This document shows, piece by piece, positions 12,217 through 24,008 of a DNA stretch of 64,000 nucleotides. The notes beneath the pieces are model-generated. The model made no database searches. It was not told where the DNA came from and saw only the letters and a list, made by a program, of their open reading frames with translations. Positions within the stretch are counted from its first letter, which is position 1; each line of letters starts with the position of its first letter. The stretch comes from Lingula anatina. Lineage: Eukaryota; Animalia; Brachiopoda. The position numbers were made by a program, and so were the translations under genes. The DNA is taken from NCBI GenBank assembly GCA_051362555.1, contig CM120647.1, positions 4,464,001 through 4,528,000 of the forward strand. Direction: 5' to 3'.

Positions 12217-13825
12217 TAAAAAGGAAGTTGAAACGAGGGTTGAAACAATGAAAAAAAAATTGGAAGAGGTAGCGTTAAGAAATATAAAAAGAGCGCAGCA
12301 GGAGCAGAAAAAAAGATTTGACGCTCGCCATTCAACTGATGAGGTATAAGCTTTTGGTGAATTACCCCATGAATCAAATTGATGCATATTTTACTTATAA
12401 AGCATTGGTTTAACCCTCAAGTGACCGAGTGGGGTCATTTAAGACCCCAGCCATATGATTTAATGTGCCATCTCTTTATTCTTTACTCGAATTTTCTTTC
12501 CCTGCATGAGTTTGTCAGTCTACTAATCCTACACACTTTCACGGTTTTTTGTAGGGATCAACCAATTAGTGTGGCGTATACATCACAAACTCTCGTGGGG
12601 TCATTTATGACCCCAAAGAGAAACATTGGTTTCTAAATATTAGTTTTCAAATTTTATTTAAATGTTTTGCCCACGCAACACTGACAGAAAAATGTCACAT
12701 GCATCTGCTTCATGCAACCAGCCAGTGTGCCCAAAACATAGGCACAAATAAGTGGTTTGTGAAGATTGTGCTTGAAGTGTTACTTATAGTGCATCGCTAA
12801 ATCTAATTTCAGTAGCTTTGTTGGAACTTGTTCTCATAACTGGGTCTCTCATTTTGACGGTTACAATTTTCGGGTATTTCGAAAATCTAAAGAATTCTGT
12901 CTATATCATATTATACATATATTAACAAATTGTTTGTGTGGATTTTGTTTTATACACAGATGTGGTAGTAACATACATGTAGGTTGATTGAATGTGTTCT
13001 GAGTAGTATGACTTCCTTACCAGCATTAGGGTATTCCTACTCAGCAATTAGCTAATTATTCTTTTTGAAGTTGGCATGATGCTATCTCAACGTAAGTCAA
13101 AATTTATACTCAAAGTAATTTTGTAATGTACTTTTTTCATTAGTGTGGCAAATAAAAAGAGAAATATTTCTACATGTGGAAACTGACAAGGACTGTCTAA
13201 ATACCGGTGTAATGTTGTTCTTAAAATCTGTGCTTGGTTATTTCATGCAAAATAAGTATTATTACCAAATACTTATTACATTAGATCATTATAAAATACT
13301 TGTCTTAAATCCTGGGAGTAGTATAGGTGTGATAAACCCTCAATAGCCTTTTATAATAAGGATCCCTGTACAGAACACAATGGGGTCATAGATGACCCCA
13401 CTTGGTCATTTCAGTCAGTAAAATAGCTTGGTCTCTTGAGGGTTAATATAGTGTGACCGTAATATGTACACTGTTTGCCTGGATTGTACCATTTACTGGT
13501 GGTGCGCCTTGTACATTTGTATACTTCGTAGTCAATTACCATTTATATTAAAATTGAATGCAGGTGAACTGTGATTAACGATGCAAAAACACTTATGGTA
13601 TCTAAATTAATTTTACAGGTACTTACCGTGGGAACAAAAGTGTTGAAAAGAAATTTACGAAGGAGTGACAGAAAGGGGGGCAAACAAGAAAACACCTGGC
13701 TGGGGCCCTACGTTGTGAAGGGGATATCCAAATCTGGATCTTACATCCTCCAGATTGAAGGCGGGTGCACATTGAAAGGCGCCGTAAACAGGGCAAATTT
13801 GAAAGTTTATGTTGCAGATGAATAG
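12217..13825 (+). pseudogene. C-terminal two exons of a Ginger (Gypsy-integrase-like) transposase
   Basis: About 12217-12343 reads ...ALRNIKRAQQEQKKRFDARHSTDE|gt and splices in phase 0 to 13619-13825, VLTVGTKVLKRN...WLGPYVV...VNRANLKVY* (GPY/F motif). The DDE core is absent. Confidence 0.75.
12414..13442. mobile_element. piggyBac-like non-autonomous element nested in the Ginger transposase intron
   Basis: TTAA|ccctcaagtgacc ... ggtctcttgaggg|TTAA, with internal tggggtcat..gacccca palindromes near both ends. Confidence 0.8.
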
Positions 13826-14245
13826 ATAAAGAACTGAAAAAAAATGTGAAAAACTTAAATAAATATATGCAAACGTGACAAGTGTTATTCTTCATATACC
13901 TTTTTTATTCCATTGTATTTGTTTAGGTGAAATATTTTAAAAGTAATGGTAATATACTTTTAATATATATTAATTATCTATCTATCTATCACTCACTTTA
14001 AGTGCGATAGAAAAATAGTAGCGGACATATATTCCTAGTGTAAATCAGGATAACAGGTCCCATCCGGACTTAGATTCCTGGCGGTGGGACATGCATGCCT
14101 TGGTAACTGTTGTCCTACGGACGTTAAATCCTAGTAACGTATGTCCTAGGACCTCCATTCCTAGCAACGCTAGACCTAGGACTTACGTTCCCAGGACTTA
14201 GTGTCCGGTCGGACTTGCGTTACTAGGACTACCATTCCGTTCACA

Positions 14246-14293
14246 CCGGCACTTTCCATTGGAAGTTGCAGGGTGCAGCCTGGATATATAATG
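14246..14293 (-). pseudogene. Displaced 5' part of the first Ig exon of the left Ig gene
   Basis: The minus strand has a strong acceptor (tgtttttacttttctag) followed by (A)LYIQAAPCNFQWKVP, ending at CCGG. This joins in frame to PERQYSDEVGQVTVDC at 7230 on the + strand. Confidence 0.8.
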
Positions 14294-14809
14294 CTAGAAA
14301 AGTAAAAACATTTAAGAGCGCATTCCGAACAAGTTAATATGCGGACTAACAGATCCAGGGATCAAATATTGGCCACCCACTTAAAGGCAAGGCTGAATTA
14401 TCCCATAATGGTCCCCCCGCCTCGCCACACTCGCCGTCCCAGCAGGGGTCTAGTAATTTTACATCGTAGCCGATATTTAATCCGTTTAATGGCTCGGGTG
14501 GAGGCGGTGATACCATCATTAGGCGGCATGCTTTTAAGTGGGCTCGGTCATATTCAGTTTACGGACCAATTGTTCTAAAATAATTTTTTTTGAATCTTCG
14601 AAAAAAGGGAAGAAGCACATCACGAAACCAACCATCAGTTTTTACCAAGTCAGTCAAATTGTAATGAAATGATGCGGTGTATACTTGTAATAATTGTAAA
14701 ATGGAATTAATTAATTTGTTCATAAATTACTATTGTATTCATGCATCTGATAATATAGCAAATCTTTTATCAGTTATTCTGCTTCTTAATAATACATTTA
14801 TACATTATA

Positions 14810-14856
<47 letters not shown>

Positions 14857-15971
14857 CATGTAGGCGGGGTAAACAGAAATGTTAAATCTTATTTTAAAAA
14901 TTAATTTACTTAGTAATTGTACCAATACTAGAAAATAGAAAAAAAAATCCAAACCACATTCATGTAAAGCGCAAGGAACTGATATGTATATTTTGAATAT
15001 CTAAGTTTGTAATTAGGCCTACATGATACCGTGCTGAAAGAAGAAGTCGACGCCTTAAGTCAAGCACCTTTCGACGTCTGCTGTTAAAACTGCTACGGGG
15101 CACGGTCGATGTGTTTAATAATGCGGGGCTGTAAGAGGTAACGGACACCCCCCCCCTTCCCTCATCTGATTTTTTATTGAATTCTTCAAAAACCATGCCA
15201 TGTTATTAAGTGTTATCCTTTTATATAATCTCACAACATCAGAGGAGCAGACTTTTTCGTTTTTCAACCGGGGTTCTATGAGCACTTTACTCCGCCCACT
15301 AACCTGAAATGTCCTTCGGTGCCTTAACTAATGTATTTCGCATGCCCGTGTGACCGAGATAAAAAATATGTACATGTAGTTTTTTGTGTGAAAATGAAAT
15401 AAAAGACTCTGGGGTCTTTATGTTATTGACTTGTACATGTATGAGAACACTTCTGACCAAATACTTTTCTCAAATAAAGTGCAGTTTTACATGCTGTTAG
15501 ACCATTAAATTTTAATACGAATGGCGCCATAGGCTCCATTCGGTGATATGTATCAGTCTTAATGTATTCAGAACAGCCGTGCGAATACAAATCTTGGTTT
15601 CTACTCATTTAATCTGCTTCTCCGTATGTGAACCACCCTATTCTGTTCATACCTTTGATGTGACTTACGTTTGCAATTTAAAAAGCTCGCTGAATCACAG
15701 CAGTTGCTACAAGAACACCGTTAAGATGCAAGAATCAACCTGTTGGTAACGCTGTAAAATGTCCCTTGGCTTGTTGTGTCCATCAATCAAATTAACCATA
15801 TGAGGTGACATAGGACCCTACAGAAGTTTTTGCAAATTTCTTATAAGGGCCTACAAAGGGCCATTAATATACGCATATTCTGTATATAATAGATGTAATG
15901 GCACAAAATTGGCTCTAAAATGTGTGCAAATGTATATAATTTGAACATCTTAAGTTTCCGAGAGTCGCGTT

Positions 15972-16002
<31 letters not shown>

Positions 16003-16528
16003 AAAAAAAAAAAAAACGCCACTACTAACATATACCACCTATCAATTTCTCTTTCTGCGACATTAAGACCTAAAATAATACAAATACATTATACGGTTTA
16101 ATAACACATCAAAGCCAATAAGTATTGCCAGAGACAATTAAACTATGTAAGGCGCGCAAGGCGTTCAATCCATAGCTTAACTGTTTGTTTAACAGCTTGT
16201 TGAAACAACACAATAATGTACTGGAAAAAAAATACTTCAGTGCAAGCGCACTATTAATAATGAGACGCGACTGAAAATAAAAAAAAGACAAGATAGGATC
16301 AAAAACAAACAAACTGATGATAAATACACAAGAAATATATAAGGGTTTTTTAAAATGTAAGAAAACAATTTTTAAAAAGGCATTTGGAGTTCCTTCCACC
16401 CCTAATAAAAGTGAAGTAAACGAACAAACGATCCATTCGTCAATCCACAGGCCGATGGTTACCCTCAAATTATTTTAAATATTAAAGAAATAGTCAGATG
16501 TTTCCCAGCCCATTCAACTCTTACCTAC

Positions 16529-16589
16529 CTGTTTCTCTGTAGAAACAAAACGTCAAAACCAACGCTGCAAGTAGAGTTTGTCCAAATAT
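16529..16589 (-). pseudogene. Possible signal-peptide exon of the left Ig gene with a mutated start codon
   Basis: gccaccacc-ATA followed by FGQTLLAALVLTFCFYRET and a phase-1 donor (G|gtaggt), with an upstream acceptor cttttccttttag. Confidence 0.4.
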
Positions 16590-17184
16590 GGTGGTGGCTC
16601 TCTAAAAGGAAAAGAACAGTTGGCATCTCCTTATAAAATGTTGCTAGTTGGATTCTCGAAAACACGAAGGGATAACCTTTATGTAAATTGAGTTATATCA
16701 TACATACCACTTTTGATTAGGTTGTTTTAATTAAATTCAGTATGACAAAAAATGATATATTTTTAAACCTGCGCATCCAATCTGGTCTATAGGTAATTTC
16801 CATGTGTTGTTGTCATCCTTTGCTATTGTCTCCTTTCATCAAAGAACCAAACTTTTTCGTTTTAACAGCGACTTTTCCACAAGTAAATTACTCTGCCCTG
16901 CTAACAGTTGTGTAATATGTAATGAGACCCTGTCAAGGTGATCTTATGCGTCTATGGCTGTGTTAAAAATGTGCAGTTAATTTTGCGTCAAGATGACCTT
17001 AAGTATTTCAGTCCCAGGGTCTCGAGCATTTACATCATTACCGTAAAATAGTGTTTAGCTTTAAAACACATATAACACACTCGTAGCACCTGACTGCGTT
17101 TAGATACGCCGATAGCTTTTCAAGCTTGTCACCGAAGAAAATGCTAGACATATTGTTTGGCAGTGTTACACGCTTGCTTCTACA

Positions 17185-17350
17185 ATAAGTTTATCAAAAA
17201 AGTTTAGCACACTGGCTAATGTATTGTTTAATAAGTTTAGCAAAAAGCTTAACACATTGACTAATGTATTGTTTAATAAGTTTATCAAAAAGCTAGACAC
17301 ATTGACTAATGTATTGTTTAATAAGTTTATCAAAAAGCTAAACATATTGG
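17185..17350. repeat. 45-bp minisatellite (about 3.6 copies)
   Basis: Unit ataagtttatcaaaaagctagacacattgactaatgtattgttta. Confidence 0.85.
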
Positions 17351-17759
17351 ATGAGCACTTCCCCTGATCAGAGGGAGGAGCCGCTAAACATACGGAGCTG
17401 CTAAACATATGCAGCTGCTACAGGGTTACCACTTTTAAAATATGGAATATTAATTTTGGCGAGTAAATTTTCTACAAAATATTTAATTTCTCTCTAACTA
17501 CTTTAAATCCAAAGCTGAGGTGTCACTCCAAGGTGTATTACCTAATTACCACACAGCTCTCGAAGCATGTTCTGTGGTCAGAAATGTGAGGGGTGGTCTT
17601 TTCGGCAATTTCTGCCCTTGAATAAAAACGCATGGGTTTGGTCAATCTTTGGAGTGTGTTTAGAGAAGCAACAAAGGGATCCCTCTGAAACTTGACAGGT
17701 ACCTTAGTGAAGATATGGTTCAACAGCTAAGCAACGCAGCTTACTATGGGATTCTTGTT

Positions 17760-18745
17760 CTCAGAGAAAATGACCAGAAACGGACATCCATTGCCAGGTA
17801 ATTCAACATTTATCAGGAACCGTTTGTGAAATCCTCCAAAGAAATGCTACAACAGGGGCACCTACTCCAATACCTCGACCAGGGTGGCCGCGTATCACAC
17901 CAAGAAGACAGGGTCGCCTTCTCCTTAAAGGACGCCGTGCTGGTCTTACAAAGACAACCAGTGTCCTCAGAAAAGAGAGGCAGAATGCCATTCAAACGCC
18001 CGTTTCAAGGTCCCTCGTGAACAAGAGATTACTGCAAGCCGGTCATTTTGCACGAAGGCCAGTAGGGAAACCACTGTTAACAGCAGGCCATATACAGCGA
18101 CGTCTGCAATGGGCTGGGGACCACGTGTGTTTGCAGCCAAAACACTGGAATCACGTCGTTTTCAGTGGTGAGGCCAGATATGGAGTTTTTAGGGGTTAAT
18201 AGTCGAATCCGTGTCCACCGACGTGTACGAAAGGCATAAAATGATGATTGGGTACTGCCTAGGGTGTAAGCAGGGAATGGTAACGTCTCTGTTTGGGGAG
18301 CATTTCATGTCGGTGCCCAGAACCAGTTGGTTTTTCTAGGAGGCAACCTCATCCATGATTCCTACAGATACATTCTACAGCAAATAATGCTTCGATTTGT
18401 AAGAGTCATCTTCAGGAACAACTTTGTGTACCAAGAGGACTGCGCCATCCCACATAGAGGTTGCAGAATCACTGTTTTTCTTCAAAACCAATGGGTTCAG
18501 CAACTGCCCTGGCCTGCAAACTCTCCAGATATGAACCCAATTAAAAATATGTGGGCGGAAGTAATTAATTCTTAGAATTAATAGCTATGGTCCTCGGCCG
18601 GTAAATAGTGATGAACTGCGACAGGCAAATGTCACTGCGTGGAATGATATCCCCACCCAAACTCTAAAAAAACTTGTCACAGTGTATGCCATGTAGATTG
18701 AGGGCGCTGCAAGCGGCTGCTGGAGGTCATACCCGCAATTACTGA
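17760..18745 (+). pseudogene. Degenerate Tc1/mariner transposase
   Basis: Fragments RRLQWAGDH..WNHVVFSGEARY, VWGAF, FVYQEDCAIPHR and WPANSPDMNPIKNMW are spread over several frames with stops. Confidence 0.85.
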
Positions 18746-20129
18746 CTTTTCATGATTTACTGTAGTGAGTTCTTTGACTGTGTAACATATCACTGGCCGG
18801 AGGCTATCATTTTCTTTAATATCTTATCTTAAAGTTTATACTGACATCAAACTGTTGATATGGTTTTCTGGGGGTGTTCCTTTCTTTTGAATGGCATCTT
18901 ATGTCAGATTTGATATTATTGACCATAAGGCCCATAGCCATACGGCTTATACTTAAGGCCTAATGTCAATTTCAAATTTTACAAATTTTGTCTTTAAAAG
19001 CCTCTGTGACCTTGAAAAGTAGGTCAAGGTCACTGAAACTGGGTCTGTGGCATGTTCTTGCCATAGGCTACCTATGATAATTATTTCAGATTTTTTGCGA
19101 AAAAAAACGCGCGAAAAGAATAACTATAATAATAATAATAATAATAAAAATAATATTAATACCAGAAACAATAGTATTCCCCTATGGGGAATCCTAATTA
19201 AAATATTTTTAGTATGTTGTCATATTTGGACAATTTCAGATTCTAGCTGTAATCAACGTGATAGAAACCATTGTTTGATGGCGAATTCAAAAAATCAATA
19301 AGAGCATCACGCGACGCTTTTTTTTTTTCACTTTGTTAGCATTCAGCTGGTATTTGCCTAAATGTTAATTTCACTTAAATACTTTTGAATTTATTATGTA
19401 AAATTTCATTCAAAGCCGCTCATGTTGTTTTTAATAGTCATTAAACATTTGGTTTTTCCTTTACTGTGTATTCTTTCCCGCCACATTTAACTTGATGAAG
19501 TTATAGTTACAGATACGGAAGTGAACAGACCAGTTAACACGTGCATGCGGGCTTCCCATAGACTGATAACAAAGTAGTATCATTGATAGCACCAGTCAAC
19601 ATCATGTAATACAACTGACAAGCGGACATTGCAACATCTTGATGCTGATGAGTTTTTGTTAAAATACACATTTGAACAATTTTCAGAGACCTATCATTAA
19701 AATTAGAATCATGATGTCTGTACACAATTCCATATATATACAAAATAACTATATATATATATATATATATATATAAACCTTGGAAATTTTAACTTAATGG
19801 CCATACATATATACCATACATATATTTTGCCAGCAAACATGTTTGCTAAACACATCCAGGCTAAAAGGGTGTACCATGCTTAGGAGCTAAATGCGTTGAA
19901 AAAATTAGACGAAGCAGGCACTTGGACGTTTTTACAGTGTATATTAAAATTGTGTAAAAATATTTCAGGTCATTTTAATGTCTTTTCATGCAAGAATGTT
20001 ATCTAACAACTGGGGTTGATACAATGTTGTTATTTGACGTTGAATCAACTTTCAAATCCAATGTTAATCCAACGTTAAAGCAACATAATTTGCCCGCTGG
20101 GTATTCACTAATGTACCGATGGATGATAC

Positions 20130-20780
20130 TCTCGAAAGTGATCAGTTCCAGACTTGCACAAGATCCCACCCTCACGGGACGTACTAATCTATCAGTAGAG
20201 GACACCACAGAGATATTAGACATTATATTGAACACTACATACTTTATCTATAAGGGTGAAATCCATAAGCAGAAACATGGAGCGGCCATGGACAGTCCAA
20301 TCAGTCCCATTGTGGCCAATATGAACATGGAGAATTTTGAGGGAGCCCCACTGGGGTCCATGCCCAATCCTCCACGTCTTTGGTTGAGATTTGTATGTGA
20401 CAATTTCATCATCTGCCACAGAGACCACATAACTCCTATCAATGACTTTATCAACAGTCGAGACCGTAACATCAATTTCACCAAAGAGCTGGAGGAAAAC
20501 AACTCTATTGCCTTCCTGAACTCATTAATCACACGTGAAAGCGCCGGCCACATGAGTCTGAAAGTCTTAAGGAAGGCCACACATACCAACCAATATTTAA
20601 GCTTCCAAAACAGCAAAAAAAGTGTTTCTCCATTATTGTAAAGGTATTTCAGACAAAGTGCACAGGATCTATAAAAAACAGTGCCAACACAGATTTTAGA
20701 CCCCAGTGCACATTAAAGCAACACCTAGTGGTACCAAAGGGCACAACCCTCCAAGAACAACGTTGTGGAACAATATACAT
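20130..20780 (+). pseudogene. Penelope-like retroelement reverse transcriptase relic
   Basis: TTYFIYKGEIHKQKHGAAMDSPISPIVANMNME...WLRFVCDNFII...FTKELEENNSIAFLN...LRKATHTNQYL matches the PLE RT pattern, with a degraded catalytic YVDD. A short LVVPK...GTIY fragment near 20725-20780 resembles the start of GIY-YIG. Confidence 0.8.
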
Positions 20781-20817
20781 GACCAACAATATACATGATC
20801 GTATGCAGAATGTTTAC

Positions 20818-21202
20818 GCAAAACCATGTTCAACATGTAATAACAATTGCACAAAGGAGGTTAGTCGTCACACGGCCGCTCAAGGGAAGCAGAAAGTAAA
20901 TACAAGCATAGCTTTAGTTGCAGAATGGATGCTCCATGATCAGTCAGTAGTCTACATGTAATATATGCTGTTTTGACAGTTAAACTGGGTTGTATTAGGG
21001 TATTATTCAACAGAGGCAAGGCATCTGATGGTAACATCTACCGGAAGCCTCATACCAGTTTCCTATTAAAATTGTTTTTCTAATATAAATTATTCAACCG
21101 ACCTATTTTCTAAGGTAGTCCTTCCAGTGTAAAGAGGACTTAAATCGAGGTAAAATTTTCCTGTTACAATGGAAAAAACTGGAAACCATAGAGTAGCAGC
21201 TC

Positions 21203-21254
<52 letters not shown>

Positions 21255-21725
21255 ATTATTATTTTGTGTATTCTAAAATGCTGTGAAATATAAATGCGTG
21301 GGTTCGATACCAACCTACAAATCAACAGAGATTTGTAGGTGCAAAACCATGTTCAACATGTAATAACAATTGCACAAAGGAGGTTAGTCGTCACACGGCC
21401 GCTCAAGGGAAGCAGAAAGTAGATACAAGCATAGCTTTAGTTGCAGAATGGATGCTCCATGATCAGTCAGTAGTCTACATGTAATATATGCTGTTTTGAC
21501 AGTTAAACTGGGTTGTATTAGGGTATTATTCAACAGAGGCAAGGCATCTGATGGTAACATCTACCGGAAGCCTCATACCAGTTTCCTATTAAAATTGTTT
21601 TTCTAATATAAATTATTCAACCGACCTATTTTCTAAGGTAGTCCTTCCAGTGTAAAGAGGACTTAAATCGAGGTAAAATTTTCCTGTTACAATGGAAAAA
21701 ACTGGAAACCATAGAGTAGCAGCTC

Positions 21726-21777
<52 letters not shown>

Positions 21778-22248
21778 ATTATTATTTTGTGTATTCTAAA
21801 ATGCTGTGAAATATAAATGCGTGGGTTCGATACCAACCTACAAATCAACAGAGATTTGTAGGTGCAAAACCATGTTCAACATGTAATAACAATTGCACAA
21901 AGGAGGTTAGTCGTCACACGGCCGCTCAAGGGAAGCAGAAAGTAGATACAAGCATAGCTTTAGTTGCAGAATGGATGCTCCATGATCAGTCAGTAGTCTA
22001 CATGTAATATATGCTGTTTTGACAGTTAAACTGGGTTGTATTAGGGTATTATTCAACAGAGGCAAGGCATCTGATGGTAACATCTACCGGAAGCCTCATA
22101 CCAGTTTCCTATTAAAATTGTTTTTCTAATATAAATTATTCAACCGACCTATTTTCTAAGGTAGTCCTTCCAGTGTAAAGAGGACTTAAATCGAGGTAAA
22201 ATTTTCCTGTTACAATGGAAAAAACTGGAAACCATAGAGTAGCAGCTC

Positions 22249-22279
<31 letters not shown>

Positions 22280-22357
22280 ATTATTATTTTGTGTATTCTA
22301 AAATGCTGTGAAATATAAATGCGTGGGTTCGATACCAACCTACAAATCAACAGAGAT
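20818..22357. repeat. Three near-identical 523-bp tandem units
   Basis: Units start at 20818, 21341 and 21864 and differ mainly in (ATT)n length. Confidence 0.9.
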
Positions 22358-23371
22358 GTGACATCAGGAGTGGATCCAGAGATATTTTCTGACAGTATTC
22401 CAAATTATCTTTGTTGATCCATCCGCCATTTTCGATGGTCTTCCAACAGAAAAAAAAAATAGATACCGTCAATGTAAACTTAAAAATCTGACCGTCTTCT
22501 GAAAGACCCAGAAAACGGCCTCAATCTGCCCCTGGACATGTACGCTTCATGTGTACATACGGAAATATTAATTCACCTCAACGGATCTAATAGACTATAA
22601 ACACCAGTCCTCAAATGGCATGTTTTAATGTTGCAATATTAACCTTTTACATCGAAAAGTACACATAAACACCAAACGTACATGTTTTACAGTCACCTGA
22701 CTATTTCTGCCTTACTCTCTGATATAAATGTTATGACCTAGTGTGATAACATTTCTGTTTAACTTCCTGTTTCCATATTAGTCTATAGTCGGTCGGTGTT
22801 TACATGGATACTTGTGTTATGTGTTATTCAAACTTTATGAGAACGAGGGCATTTGCAGCACTAAATAAAGATCAACAAGAACCGCGCTATTCTACATGTT
22901 TCAGTCTTGGAAGTCAGTGATATGTTAGTTATATGATGTTGGTGTAAAAAACACTTTTACGGCATGTGTTATACCAAGCTGTTGTAAGGTTATCACCATT
23001 TTACTCTAGTGGCAGCCTAAGGAAAGTATCTAAGTTAACGGTCCAAAAACTCTAGACACTATGAAGACCAACATACCAAGAGAATTTAGGAACTGGCATG
23101 TCTGCAAGAGTTATGGCCAATTCCCATGTTCGTGGCCAGCGTTATTCAATAGCAAGGAGCATGGATAGAGCGTATGATCAATTATTGAAACTTGACTAAC
23201 TTAAAGGTTTCCAATTTCTACAGAAATTGCAAGGATAATATGGTTAGCCTTATAAACAATGTGGTAAAAGTAATATCTTATATAAAAAATGTGATGGAAA
23301 GTAAAATAGGTCGCTTTTTTATTGACCACCCTGTGTATTCATGTCAAATAAAAAAATAATTATTAAATTAA

Positions 23372-23709
23372 AGGGATAATAACTCTTCGTTTTGGCCAAA
23401 AAATGAATTTTCCCGGAGTAAACAACAATTTTTCCATGCTTACCAATGGTTAATGAATCCATTTTTACATTCAAAGTTAGTCCCTGTTTTTTTTCTAAAA
23501 AGTTTGGTTTTTTGTTAAAATCTCTTAAGAGATTTTAACAGAGTACAGCCATCAATGGAGGTCACGTGGTTTGAAGACAAGCTCAGATATCAGAATAATA
23601 GCTATAACTGCTGTTTTTTGTCATAAAACAGAATATATTATATTTCTATGAGTTATTCACAATATTTTTATTGTGAAATATAGACCTCATACGAAGAGTT
23701 ATTATCCCT
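23372..23709. mobile_element. Kolobok-like MITE
   Basis: TTAA|agggataataactcttcgt ... acgaagagttattatccct|TTAA. A second copy lies at 44749-45088. Confidence 0.75.
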
Positions 23710-24008
23710 TTAATGAAGTGATTATAGTTATATTCAGCCAGATATCTCTGAATAGAGAACGGGATTTTGACCGAATAACTGTGGCCATCGTTTTGCACTC
23801 ATCTACACTGTTATTATTTTAGTAACAAATGACGACGTCTCCCATCTGGCTGGGCAACATATTACGTAACACAGACATCAACCATCTGTTTCTGGGCAGG
23901 TCCTTCGATGCAGTTCCCGCCCTTGTAATGATCATATGTTACGCCTGCTTGGTAACCGTCTCGTCAGATGCAATATCGTCTATGTAATCAACATATCTCC
24001 TTCACGAC

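Larger units (their letters stand above)
11191..14245 (+). mobile_element. Ginger1-type element B carrying a transposase remnant
   Basis: TIRs tgtgaacggaatg / cattccgttcaca, CCGG on both sides (11187-11190, 14246-14249), and internal Gypsy-integrase-like coding exons. Confidence 0.8.

Noticed and set aside
12024-12377. ORF with a VVPGPKILEM repeat, or a possible CRISPR array
   Set aside because: It is the translation of a spacerless 30-bp minisatellite.
15440-15720. Inverted similarity to about 43690-43890
   Set aside because: Looks like diverged copies of an ordinary dispersed repeat with no definable ends or coding signal.
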